From an uncultured Desulfatitalea sp. (GTDB lineage Bacteria > Desulfobacterota > Desulfobacteria > Desulfobacterales > Desulfosarcinaceae), in contig CAXXMB010000002.1 of the NCBI GenBank assembly GCA_963668675.2, positions 544,001 through 608,000 on the forward strand: a stretch of DNA of 64,000 nt, in the 5' to 3' direction. Made by a program: the position numbers and the translations under genes. The notes beneath the pieces are model-generated. The model was not told the origin of the DNA. It searched no databases and saw nothing but the letters and a program-made list of their open reading frames with translations. Each line of letters starts with the position of its first letter. The first letter of the stretch is position 1. Positions 10,161 to 20,100 of the stretch are shown piece by piece.

Positions 10161-11519
10161 TTACCACGGCAGTTTTAGCGCCATGCCTTCTCCCCGGAAC
10201 CATACGTTAACCGCAGTCAGCATCACAAATGCGGTCATCGCGAATGTAAACACGCCCTGTACGGCAATAGGGGTCGACCCCTGGCCGATGTGCCGAAAAG
10301 CCGCATAGAGAGCCGTCAGAACGATGATGATCACGGCAAACGGTATCCATCCGCTGCTTGCCATCCCTTCGAACATCGGAACCACACCTTCATTCAGGAG
10401 CACAGCGGTCGGCGTCAAGACAACGGCCATGGCCACCGCTATCAACGCAACGCGTCGGCCACCCGGCGAAATAAACCAGACGCCGCCCAATGCATCTTCG
10501 TATCTCATGAAAGGAATGGCCATGAGCGCGACACCGAAAACCAGCGGCACCATGCAGACGGCAAAGAAGGGGTGCAGATGCAGCAGCAGCTCCTGGAACC
10601 CGGCAAAGTACCAAGGGGCCCTCGTCGGATTGGGGCTCAATCCGGGATTGGCCGGATCTCCCAACGGCGCATTGATAAAGACAGCAACGAGAAGAACGGC
10701 CGCCATGAGCACCAGCGCCACCACCGCTTCGCGAACTAAAAGCTCCGGCTGCACCGGTACCCTTTGGGCCTTGTCGGCGTTCGGTCGCGGGCGTTGCACG
10801 AGCCCCCCGGCCTTCCGAACGCGCCAGACGTGAAAAGCCATCATTGAGATCAGCATCATGGGAACGACAGCGGTGTGCAATGCGAAAAACAGGCGTAGCG
10901 TTTCCGCTCCCAATTCAGGGCCGGCCAACACTGCCTGCCTTAACAGCTCTCCGAGCCAAGGGATGTATGAAAGCATACTGGTGGATACGGTGACGGCCCA
11001 ATAGGCCAACTGATCCCAAGGCAGCAGATAGCCGGTGAAATTGGCCGCCAGAATTAGCCCCAGTTGCACCAGGCCGACGATCCAGTTGAGCTGTCGGGGG
11101 GGATGGAACGCGCCGGTGAAGAAGACACGCAGCAAATGCAGAAAGGCAATCAGCACCAGGAGATGGGCGCACCCGTGGTGCAGATTGCGTATCAGGCGGC
11201 CGAAAGGCACGTCGTGTATGAGAATCTGCACCGAGGCATGGGCCGCCTGGGGGGTGGGCTCGTATGCGAATTTGAGAAGCACACCGGATATCAGTTGCAG
11301 CAATACCAATACAATGGCCATGCCGCCGAGACCCCACGACAGCGACAATCGAATGGTGGAACCCTCAACCGTGGTGGGTCGAAAGTGGAGTACCAGATTG
11401 CGCAACAGAAATCGTCTGCGCTGCGATTCGGTTCTTGGAACCAGAAAGTCCGGGAAGATCGATTCAACTATTCGCTTCAAAAAAGAGCCCGTTTCCCGGA
11501 CCGGTTTGGATTCACTCAT
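10161..11519 (-). CDS. qcrB: Cytochrome b (b6-like domain fused to subunit IV-like domain)
   Basis: Heme-ligand His pairs in 'LHHGCAHLLVLIAFLH' and 'LHTAVVPMMLISMMAFH'; 'TGYLLPWDQLAYWA'; 'PNPTRAPWYF'. Confidence 0.92.
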   Translation of the reverse strand: MSESKPVRETGSFLKRIVESIFPDFLVPRTESQRRRFLLRNLVLHFRPTTVEGSTIRLSLSWGLGGMAIVLVLLQLISGVLLKFAYEPTPQAAHASVQILIHDVPFGRLIRNLHHGCAHLLVLIAFLHLLRVFFTGAFHPPRQLNWIVGLVQLGLILAANFTGYLLPWDQLAYWAVTVSTSMLSYIPWLGELLRQAVLAGPELGAETLRLFFALHTAVVPMMLISMMAFHVWRVRKAGGLVQRPRPNADKAQRVPVQPELLVREAVVALVLMAAVLLVAVFINAPLGDPANPGLSPNPTRAPWYFAGFQELLLHLHPFFAVCMVPLVFGVALMAIPFMRYEDALGGVWFISPGGRRVALIAVAMAVVLTPTAVLLNEGVVPMFEGMASSGWIPFAVIIIVLTALYAAFRHIGQGSTPIAVQGVFTFAMTAFVMLTAVNVWFRGEGMALKLPW

Positions 11520-11609
11520 AAGATGACTTGGGTTTTAGTGATATTGAAAGAACCATATCAAAACTTACCACAAGATAAAACCCTTAAGCCATCTATCCCA
11601 AAACGCCTC

Positions 11610-12077
11610 CTATGGCGATTTGAGTGCTTTTGATAATTGGGGCACCGTATCTTTGGGGCTGATCCGGTACCAGGCCTCAACAATCTTGGCCTCCTCATCA
11701 ATGAGGAAGGCCGACCGGATCACGCCCTCGATGGTCTTGCCGAACATCTTCTTCTCACCCCAGACCCCATAGGCGGAGGCGACGCGATGATCCGGGTCTG
11801 ACAGAAGCGGAAATCCCAGGTTATACTTCTCATCGAATTTTTTCTGCTGGGCCGGAAGATCGGGGCTGATTCCCAGCATGGTCACCCCCAGCGCTTTCAT
11901 TTGGGGCAGTGCGTCCCGCACCGCCTGAGCCTGGACCGTTCACCCGGGGGTATTGGCCTTTGGGTAGAAATAGACAAAGAGTTTGCGACCGGCGTAATCC
12001 TCCAACCCGACGGTTCTCGTCTCCTGATCCGGCAGAGAGAATGCCGGAGCCTGATCTCCTCGTTTCAACTGGGGCAT
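11610..12077 (-). CDS. bcp: Selenocysteine-containing peroxiredoxin (Bcp/PrxQ), 155 aa, Sec46
   Basis: AAGGAG RBS, ATG 12077; YFYPKANTPG-TGA(11942..11940)-TVQAQAVRD continues in frame into the track's 103-aa ORF; TGA sits at the peroxidatic Cys. Confidence 0.9.
11905..11925 (-). promoter_or_regulatory. Putative SECIS hairpin of bcp
   Basis: GGCGGTGC-GGGAC-GCACTGCC stem (one G-U) starting 14 nt after the TGA. Confidence 0.7.
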
Positions 12078-12361
12078 TACAACGCTCCTTTTCATCGATA
12101 TGGAAAGAGACAGCGACCGTCCCGAAAACCGCTCCTGATACGCGATCCTCTCTTTAGACGGCTTTCACGATAGAGCAAACTAATAACGGTTATCTCTTGT
12201 GACAAGCCCCAAGGGTTTCCACCGCTTAAAATATTGACACATGCACCATATCCCGCAATATTAATTTCGTCTGTCTTTTCCTGCGACAGTCGGCATCAGC
12301 CACTGCCTACTCTATTTGGTGACGGTTTTTAACATATGCCCAACAAACAACGGAGGACGAC

Positions 12362-13141
12362 ATGGGAAGAAAAATTATCGATCTGTCCATCGCCATCGAG
12401 GCGGGTCTGCCCAGTGACCCGGAGATGATGATCCCGCAAATCGACTACACCGATCACACTCAGGGAGCAGAGCAGATGACAGAGTTCTTTCCCGGGCTCA
12501 AGAAGGAACAACTTCCCGAAGGACTGGGCTGGGCCGTTGAGACGATCCGCCTGACCACCCATTCCGGTACCCATCTGGATGCCCCCTTTCACTACCACCC
12601 CAAAATGGATGGGGGCGCGAAAGCGATTACCATAGACCAGGTGCCGCTCGAATGGTGCTTCCAGGACGGCGTCCTGCTCGATTTCAGCGACAAACCGGAT
12701 GGCGAGCGGATCAGCGCCGATGAGGTCGAGGCCAAGCTGAAAGAGATCGATTACCAGCTCAAGCCATTGGATATCGTACTGGTGCGCACCGGTGCAGACC
12801 GGTTCTGGGGTCGCCCCGAATATCTGGTCAAAGGGGCCGGCATGACCCGCGAATCGACGCTCTACTTGCTGGAACGCGGGGTGAAGGTGGTGGGTATCGA
12901 TGCCTGGTCATGGGACCGCCCCCTTCCCTACCTGGCTCAAGAGTTCCAGGCCAAGGCGGATCCGCGGGTCATCTGGGAGGCCCATTTTGCGGGCATCGAA
13001 CGGGGGTATTGCCACATGGAGAAGATGGCGGATCTGGATAAGATTCCCAAACCACATGGCTTTAAGGTGGCCTGCTTTCCTATCAAGATCAAAAACGCTT
13101 CGGCCGGATGGACGCGACCGGTGGCCATTATCGAAGATTAA
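12362..13141 (+). CDS. Cyclase family metallohydrolase (kynurenine formamidase-like)
   Basis: GGAGG RBS; 'THSGTHLDAPFHY' signature; 'VGIDAWSWD'; 'ASAGWTRPVAI'. Confidence 0.9.
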   Translation: MGRKIIDLSIAIEAGLPSDPEMMIPQIDYTDHTQGAEQMTEFFPGLKKEQLPEGLGWAVETIRLTTHSGTHLDAPFHYHPKMDGGAKAITIDQVPLEWCFQDGVLLDFSDKPDGERISADEVEAKLKEIDYQLKPLDIVLVRTGADRFWGRPEYLVKGAGMTRESTLYLLERGVKVVGIDAWSWDRPLPYLAQEFQAKADPRVIWEAHFAGIERGYCHMEKMADLDKIPKPHGFKVACFPIKIKNASAGWTRPVAIIED

Positions 13142-14063
13142 AAAACCGCTCCACCATCTCGGCGGCGGTTTCCACCTGATCAGGTGCCAGCCAGTTCATA
13201 CCTGCAACGGCCTTGAACCAGGTGAACTGCCGCTTGGCATAGCGGCGGTGGTCGCGCTTGAGGGTTCGCAACGTCTCTTCCCATGAGGTGCGTTCCTGGA
13301 GAAAGCCGACCATGTGGCGGTATCCCAGCGACTGCATCGGTTTGAGGCCCGGATCGAAGCCGAGGGCCAGCAATCCGCGAACCTCCTCAAGCAGGCCGGC
13401 CGCGATCATCTGATCCACCCGCCGGTCGATGCGGGCATAGAGCTGTTCCCGGGGCAGGGTGAGTCCGATCTCCAGGGTTTCGTAGCGTGCCTTACTGAAG
13501 CGGTGGGCATCGTGCAGGTCGCTGATCGAACGCCCAGTCGTCTCGATCACTTCGAGGGCCCGCTGAATGCGGTAAGCGTCATTGGGGTGAATCCGGGCTG
13601 CTGCAGTGGGGTCCCTCTCTTTCAGGTTGGCATGAAGGGCAGCAGCGCCTTCCTCTTTGAGCCTGGATTGGATCCTTTCGCGCACCTCACGATCCGAGGC
13701 CCGTCCCTCGAAAAGGGGCTGGACCAAAGCCTTGATGTACAATCCCGTCCCCCCGACGACAAAGGCCGGGATGTTCTCTTCCAGGAGTTGTTGCACGGAC
13801 TGGTGGGCGCGGCGGCCGTATGCCGCCGCATCAAAAGCCTCATTCGGATCGACGATATCGACCATATGGTGACGAACGGTGGTTCTCTCTGCAGCCGTGG
13901 GCTTGGCCGTCCCGATGTCCATCTGCCGGTAGATCTGCATGGAGTCGGCCCCCACGATCTCCCCGGAAAACCGTTTGGCCAGTTCGATGGCAAAGGAGGT
14001 CTTGCCCACACCGGTGGGACCGCAGACGGTCACTATTTTCGGCAACTCGGAAGTGTTCACCAC
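13128..14063 (-). CDS. miaA: tRNA dimethylallyltransferase
   Basis: 'GPTGVGKT', 'DSMQIYRQMDIGTAKP', 'VGGTGLY', 'RRYAKRQFTWF'. Confidence 0.97.
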   Translation of the reverse strand: MVNTSELPKIVTVCGPTGVGKTSFAIELAKRFSGEIVGADSMQIYRQMDIGTAKPTAAERTTVRHHMVDIVDPNEAFDAAAYGRRAHQSVQQLLEENIPAFVVGGTGLYIKALVQPLFEGRASDREVRERIQSRLKEEGAAALHANLKERDPTAAARIHPNDAYRIQRALEVIETTGRSISDLHDAHRFSKARYETLEIGLTLPREQLYARIDRRVDQMIAAGLLEEVRGLLALGFDPGLKPMQSLGYRHMVGFLQERTSWEETLRTLKRDHRRYAKRQFTWFKAVAGMNWLAPDQVETAAEMVERFFNLR

Positions 14064-14087
14064 GTTGGAATCGTCGTCAATGCCTTA

Positions 14088-14555
14088 TCAGTCACCCATC
14101 TCCGCCATATAGTCATCGTACATCGTCTCCAGGGAGAGCTTGTGTTTGGCCTCTTCCTGGCACAGCATCTTGAACACCTTCTTCTGCTCTTCGGTTTGAG
14201 CGTTGGCCAACATCTCATTGTAGAGTTTCAATGCCGCCTCTTCACGCTTCATGGCGAACATCAGCAGTTCGTTGTATCCCATGCCGGGATGGTATTCGAC
14301 CTCATCCACGTAATCGCTGCGCTTGATGTCGGTGATCCATTTAAAATTGTAGTCATCCAGTTTCTCACCAACTTTGCCCGCCTTTAGATCCTGCAGAAGC
14401 TTTTCGTGCTTGCGCTCCTCTGTGGAGAACTCCTGGAGCATCTGCTTTTTGCCGCTGAACTGCTCCTGTTTACTGACGTTGATGTAAAACTCGGCGGCCT
14501 CTCTCTCCTTTTCGATCGCAAAATCGATGATATCGTTGAGGTCTTTGAATTGCAT
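14088..14555 (-). CDS. Ferritin-like / rubrerythrin-family diiron protein (no rubredoxin domain)
   Basis: Two E...ExxH repeats ('EREAAEFY...EERKH', 'EEAALKLY...EEAKH'); start at ATG 14555. Confidence 0.88.
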   Translation of the reverse strand: MQFKDLNDIIDFAIEKEREAAEFYINVSKQEQFSGKKQMLQEFSTEERKHEKLLQDLKAGKVGEKLDDYNFKWITDIKRSDYVDEVEYHPGMGYNELLMFAMKREEAALKLYNEMLANAQTEEQKKVFKMLCQEEAKHKLSLETMYDDYMAEMGD

Positions 14556-14713
14556 CTGCTTTCCTTTCTGGAAGTTGCGCGGCAGCACCCGGCAATTCAT
14601 GTGCTGCCGAATGGTCGATGGGCATCTCTGTGACGGACCGATTTTCCAGATAATAGCGTCAAATCACCAGACGTCAATACCATTTTAGTCATATTCGGTT
14701 GATTCATCTATTT

Positions 14714-14762
14714 GAATTCGGGTTGAATTCGGGACGAATTCAGGACGAATTCAGGACGAATT
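14714..14762. repeat. 11-bp tandem repeat (GAATTCRGGAC-like, 4 copies plus partial)
   Basis: GAATTCGGGTT GAATTCGGGAC GAATTCAGGAC GAATTCAGGAC GAATT at 14714, 14725, 14736, 14747, 14758. Confidence 0.9.
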
Positions 14763-15054
14763 GATCGAATGCGTTATCGATTCTATGCACCGCGACGCAT
14801 GAACCGGGACAAGAGCGGCCACACCATTTGGGCATCGCTACATCACAAGCCCCGGCCTGTCAGCAAACAGAGCGCTTTGCTAAAAATGCGGACACAGGTC
14901 TACATCCGCCGCGGCATAAGCGCCCTCCTCAAAAATTCAACAACATTTCGTATTTAATACATAATCGTTAAAAATCGACTTGCACACCACATTGGCACAA
15001 CGCTTGATTGATTTATCGGGAAGTAAACCCAGATAAAATGAGGAGCGCTGAATC

Positions 15055-16413
15055 ATGGACAGAGATGTTATCATTGTAGGTGGTGGACCGGCTGGCATTA
15101 TCACTGCTCTGACTGCCAAAAGTGTCTATCCGGATAAATCGGTCTGTTTGATCAAAGATATCGGCGAAGGCGTTATACCCTGCGCCATACCATACATGAT
15201 GAACAGCCTCAAAGATCCGGCCCAAAACAAAATGGGCAACCAGCCCCTGGAGCAGGCTGGTGTCGAGGTCATCGTCGACCGGGTCGTATCGATCGCGCCG
15301 GAGGAGAAATCGATCGCGCTGAAAGAGGGAGGCAGATTGTCTTACCAGCGCCTGGTGCTGGCAACCGGCATAATCCCTTTCAAGCCGTCAATTCCCGGCA
15401 TGGATCTGGACGGCATCTTCACCATAGAAAAGAGCCTGACCGCGATGGAAGCCCTTCGCTCTGCAGCCCAGGAAGCCAAAAGGGTCGTCATCCTTGGAGG
15501 TGGTTTCATCGGCGCCGAATTTGCCGAGGAGCTCGCCAAGCAGCCGCACACGCAGGTCCATATCGTCGAAATGATGCCCAAAATGCTCTATACCGCCTTT
15601 GATGATGCGTTTTGCGACGCTATCGAAGCCAAGTTGATCGACCTGGGGGTTTACGTGCACACCGGGCGCAAAGTGTCGGCCATCAAAGGCGGAACCAACG
15701 TCGAATCGGTTGCCTTGGACGACAACGAGGAGATTCCTGCGGATCTGCTGATTATCGGCATCGGTGGGCGTCCCAACAGCGATCTGGCCCGAGCAGCCGG
15801 CTTACACATCACCGACGGCGGTTCGATATGGGTGGATGCCTATATGAAAACCAACGCAGAGGATATTTTTGCCGTGGGCGACTGCGCCTTGAAACGCGAC
15901 TTTTTTACGCGGCGTGAAGCGCCCGTCTGGCTGGCGTCCACCGCAACTGCCGAAGCCCGCATTGCAGGAACCAATCTGTTTGGTGTCCGAGTCATGCGCC
16001 AGATCCAGGGAACTATCTCGGCCTTTTCCACGCGGTTGGGAGATACCGCCTTTGCCAGCACTGGGTTAACCTGCCGCGCCTGCCAAAAAGAAGGGTTCAG
16101 GGTAGTCACTGGAGTGGCGGCAGCGCCCGATCGCCATCCGGGCACACTCCCCGACGCCCAGGAAATGAGGGTCAAACTAATTTTTGAAGACAGGGCCGGC
16201 GCGTTGCTGGGCGGGCAAGTTTCAGGGGGACCCTCGGTGGGGGAACTGATCAACGCGATTGCCATCGGTATTCAACTGAAACTCAATGTGCGGGATCTTG
16301 ATATGATGCAAATCGCAACGCATCCACTACTAACCTCGGCTCCCACCGTCCACCCTTTGATCAATGCAGCCCACCAGGCGCTGGCAAAGCTGAGGACCAA
16401 CAGCGCGTTTTAA
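15055..16413 (+). CDS. FAD-dependent pyridine nucleotide-disulfide oxidoreductase (NADH oxidase / CoA-disulfide reductase family)
   Basis: 'GGGPAG' FAD motif, single redox Cys in 'IPCAIPY', 'GGGFIG' NAD motif, 'AVGDCA', C-terminal dimerisation domain. Confidence 0.9.
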   Translation: MDRDVIIVGGGPAGIITALTAKSVYPDKSVCLIKDIGEGVIPCAIPYMMNSLKDPAQNKMGNQPLEQAGVEVIVDRVVSIAPEEKSIALKEGGRLSYQRLVLATGIIPFKPSIPGMDLDGIFTIEKSLTAMEALRSAAQEAKRVVILGGGFIGAEFAEELAKQPHTQVHIVEMMPKMLYTAFDDAFCDAIEAKLIDLGVYVHTGRKVSAIKGGTNVESVALDDNEEIPADLLIIGIGGRPNSDLARAAGLHITDGGSIWVDAYMKTNAEDIFAVGDCALKRDFFTRREAPVWLASTATAEARIAGTNLFGVRVMRQIQGTISAFSTRLGDTAFASTGLTCRACQKEGFRVVTGVAAAPDRHPGTLPDAQEMRVKLIFEDRAGALLGGQVSGGPSVGELINAIAIGIQLKLNVRDLDMMQIATHPLLTSAPTVHPLINAAHQALAKLRTNSAF

Positions 16414-16503
16414 GCGGATAGCCAAAGACCGGATCGAATTACCCCTCTGGCCCTGGTGTGATACATATAGGTGGTCCGGCCGTTTCAACATCGGAACTTC
16501 AGC

Positions 16504-16543
16504 GCGCCCCTGTTTATGAACATAATTTCATAAACAGGGGCGC
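16504..16543. terminator. Perfect 17-bp hairpin downstream of the oxidoreductase (terminator-like)
   Basis: GCGCCCCTGTTTATGAA-CATAAT-TTCATAAACAGGGGCGC; no U-tract. Confidence 0.5.
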
Positions 16544-16897
16544 AGCATATCCCTCCATAGATCCCCTTCTGGACTATTTCGAAAAAACCGGCAACATGGC
16601 CAATCAAAGCCCTTGAAAAGCCACTCTGGATCAAGTCATCGCATTTAGCAAATGCTATGATTTCAGGTGGTTTTAGGCTAATGACCAAAAAGGATAGACG
16701 CAATTTGGCATAGATCTTGGCTGTATCCATAGGGGTATAAGACAAGTGGTGGGATTTGAGATGCACCTTCCCGCATAATGCCGGCGTTTGTGGCCTGAAA
16801 TAATCCAAGTCATCACAACGCGCCAACGACCTGATCTGCCACCCTAATCATACCGTGCCGCTCGCGCCGCATCTCTCCATTTCACAATCGAATTCTA

Positions 16898-16944
16898 TTG
16901 ACAAGCCTATCTTCAACATATAGAGGAAATTGAGCGTACGCTCA
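16898..16944 (+). promoter_or_regulatory. Candidate hdr-flx promoter with palindromic operator
   Basis: TTGACA at 16898-16903 (weak -10) followed by perfect palindrome TGAGCGTACGCTCA at 16931-16944. Confidence 0.5.
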
Positions 16945-17183
16945 GCAAATGAAGTTGGGTTTCATACTGACGCTATGGCTTTAGTGGCCTAAAATGATGT
17001 GGAATTTGAATATCGGCGTATATCGTGATAGGGAATCTGGATGTATATTGAGCTCGCTAATCGATCAAAAATCAGATCTATCCTAAAGTTAATTCCTCAA
17101 ACCGCAATGTTCGTCCCCTCCAATAGAGGCAGGGAACGAATGAGCGGTTTTTGTGTGTAACACATCACGGAAGGGAAAAACCA

Positions 17184-20100
17184 ATGGCAAATAGTGTAAA
17201 CGGCTCCGTTCTGGTTGTTGGAGGTGGCATTTCCGGGATGCAGGCCGCACTGGATTTGGCCAATTCTGGTTATTACGTCTATCTGCTGGAGAAAACACCG
17301 GCGATCGGAGGGGTCATGTCCCAACTGGACAAGACCTTTCCGACCAACGACTGTGCGATGTGAATTATTTCACCCGTACTGGTCGAGGTCGGCCGGCATA
17401 ACAACATCGAATTGATTACCTGCGCAGAACTCGAGCGCATCGAAGGCGAACAGGGCCATTTTACCGTCCAGATCCACAAGCAGCCGCGATTTATCGATCC
17501 TGCCAAATGCACCGGATGCGGGGACTGCGCCGAGGTGTGCCCGATCACGCGACCCAGTGAATACGACATGGGGCTGGTCGACCGCAAGGCGACCTACCGC
17601 CGTTATGCCCAGGCGATCCCGGGCGCGTTTGCCATCACGAAAAAGGGGACGGCGCCTTGCCGGTCCACCTGTCCCGCCCATGTCAGCGTCCAAGGGTTCA
17701 TCGCTCTGACCAACGACGGCCGCTATCGAGAAGCGCTGGAGCTGTTCAAGCAAGATCATCCGTTTCCCGGGGTCTGCGGCCGGGTATGCACCCATCCCTG
17801 CGAAGGGGCCTGCACCCGTCACGATGTCGACGATTCCCTGGGGATCATGTACCTGCATCGCTTCCTGGCCGATACGGACCGGAAAAGCGAAAAGCCTTAC
17901 GTGCCGGTAAAAAAGGCCGAGCGCGACGAGAAGGTGGCCGTCGTGGGGGCCGGACCCGCCGGTCTGACCTGTGCCTATTTTCTGGCCATCGAAGGCTATC
18001 AGGTGACGGTCTTCGAAAAACTGCCGGTGCTTGGCGGCATGCTCACCGTCGGCATCCCCTCCTACCGCCTGCCCCGGGATGTGATTGAAGATGAGATCCA
18101 GGTGATCAAGAATCTGGGAGTGGAGTTCAAAACCGGCGTAGAGATCGGCAAAGACTTTACCGTCGGTCAACTGCGTGAGCAGGGCTACAAGGCCTTTTTC
18201 ATCGGCATCGGTTCCCAGGAGTGTAAGCGCCTGGGCATCGAGGGCGAGGATTACGAGGGCGTCTATCCGGGCGTGGAGTTTCTGCGCGAGGTCAACCTGG
18301 GCAACCGTGTCTCCCTGGGCGACCGCGTGGCGGTCATCGGCGGTGGTAACGTTGCCATGGACTCGGTCCGTACGGCGCTGCGCACCGGCTCGAAAAAACC
18401 GTTTATCATCTATCGACGGGCCGTAGAGCAGATGCCGGCCAACGAGGAGGAGATCGAGGAGTGCCGCGAAGAGGGCATCGAGCTGATGACCCTGACCAAT
18501 CCGACCCGGGTGATCGCCGAAAACGGCCGGGTCAAGGCCATCGAGTGCATCCGCATGGAACTGGGCCCGCCGGACGACAGCGGTCGCCAACGGCCTGTGC
18601 CGGTCGAAGGCTCGGAGTTCACCATCGAAGTGGATGCGGTGATTCCTGCCATCGGCCAGGAAAGCGACTGGGCCTGCCTTACCGACGAATGCGCCTGCAC
18701 CCTTTCGGACTGGGGAACCATGCGGGTAGATGAAGTCACCCTGCAAACCAGTGATTCGGACATATTTGCCGGCGGCGACGCGGTGAGCGGCCCGGCCACG
18801 GTGGTCGAGGCCATCGGCGCCGGAAAGGAAGCGGCTATCTCCATCGACCGCTTCATTCGTGGCGAGGACCTGTCCGCCGGTCGCAAAACCGATTGGACGC
18901 CGGTCAAGGACGTGCCTGTCGACGGTCTTGCCCAGACCGACCGACACCGCATGCCCATGCTCCCGGCTGACACCCGCATGACCAATTTCAACGAAGTGCA
19001 GTTGGGATACGACGAGGAGACGGCGCGCGCCGAGGCCGATCGATGCCTGGAGTGCGCAGTGTGCTGCGAATGCTACCAGTGCGTGGGGGCGTGCGGGGCC
19101 GATGCCGTGACCATGATAACCCACAGCCAGCAGCCGGAAACGCTGACCATCGAGACAGGGGCCGTCATCCTCTCTCCCGGGTTCCAACCGTTCGATCCTT
19201 CTAAATTCGACACTTACAACTATGCCAACCATCCCAATGTGATCACCTCCATGGAGATGGAACGGCTTCTGTCAGCCTCGGGCCCCACTGGTGGACACCT
19301 GGTCCGCTTGTCCGATCACAAGGAACCTAAAAAGATCGCTTGGTTCCAATGTGTCGGCTCACGCGACCTCAACCGCTGCGACAACAGCTACTGCTCGTCG
19401 GTCTGCTGCATGTATGCCATCAAAGAGGCCGTAATCGCCAAAGAGCACGCGGGCGACGACCTGGAATGCGCCATCTTCTACATGGACATGCGCACCCACG
19501 GAAAAGATTTCGAACGTTTCTACAACAATGCGAAAGACAAAGGTGTACGCTTCGAGCGCAGCCGGGTGCATACCATCGACTCGACGCCGGGCAGTGACGA
19601 CCTGTCGGTCCGGTACGTCGACGAAGCGGGCAACCTGCATCGTGAAGAGTTCGACATGATTGTCCTTTCCGTCGGACTGGAAACCTCTCCCGATGTGATC
19701 GCGGCGGCTAAAAAGCTCGACATCGAGCTCACCCCCGGCAATTTCTGCAAAACCAGTACCTTCGAGCCGGTGGCCACCTCCAAGCCTGGTGTTTTTGTGT
19801 GCGGCGCCTTCCAGGCTCCCAAAGACATTCCCCAATCGGTGGTGGACTCCAGCGCCGCCGCCGCTGCCGTGGGAGAGATCCTGGCGCCTGCCCGCGGAAC
19901 GGCGACGATTCAGCCCGAAATCATTCCCGAAGTCAATGTGATGGGCGAACGGCCGCGCATCGGTGTGTTTGTTTGCCGCTGCGGCATCAACATCTCCGGC
20001 GTCGTGGATGTGCCTTCAGTGGCCGAGTATGCCGCCACCCTACCCTATGTGGAATACGCCACGGACAACCTTTACAGCTGCTCCCAGGACACGCAGGATA

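Noticed and set aside
13128..13141. 14-bp convergent overlap of cyclase and miaA
   Set aside because: Short 3' overlaps of convergent genes are common
14714..14762. Possible CRISPR array
   Set aside because: Units are 11 bp and contiguous with no spacers; no cas genes in the window
14992..15008. Sigma54 promoter-like TGGCAC-N5-TTGAT upstream of the oxidoreductase
   Set aside because: The near-invariant -12 GC is GA; not enough support
16485..16826. 113-aa minus-strand ORF upstream of hdrA
   Set aside because: No RBS or motif and it runs through a perfect hairpin; likely non-coding regulatory DNA
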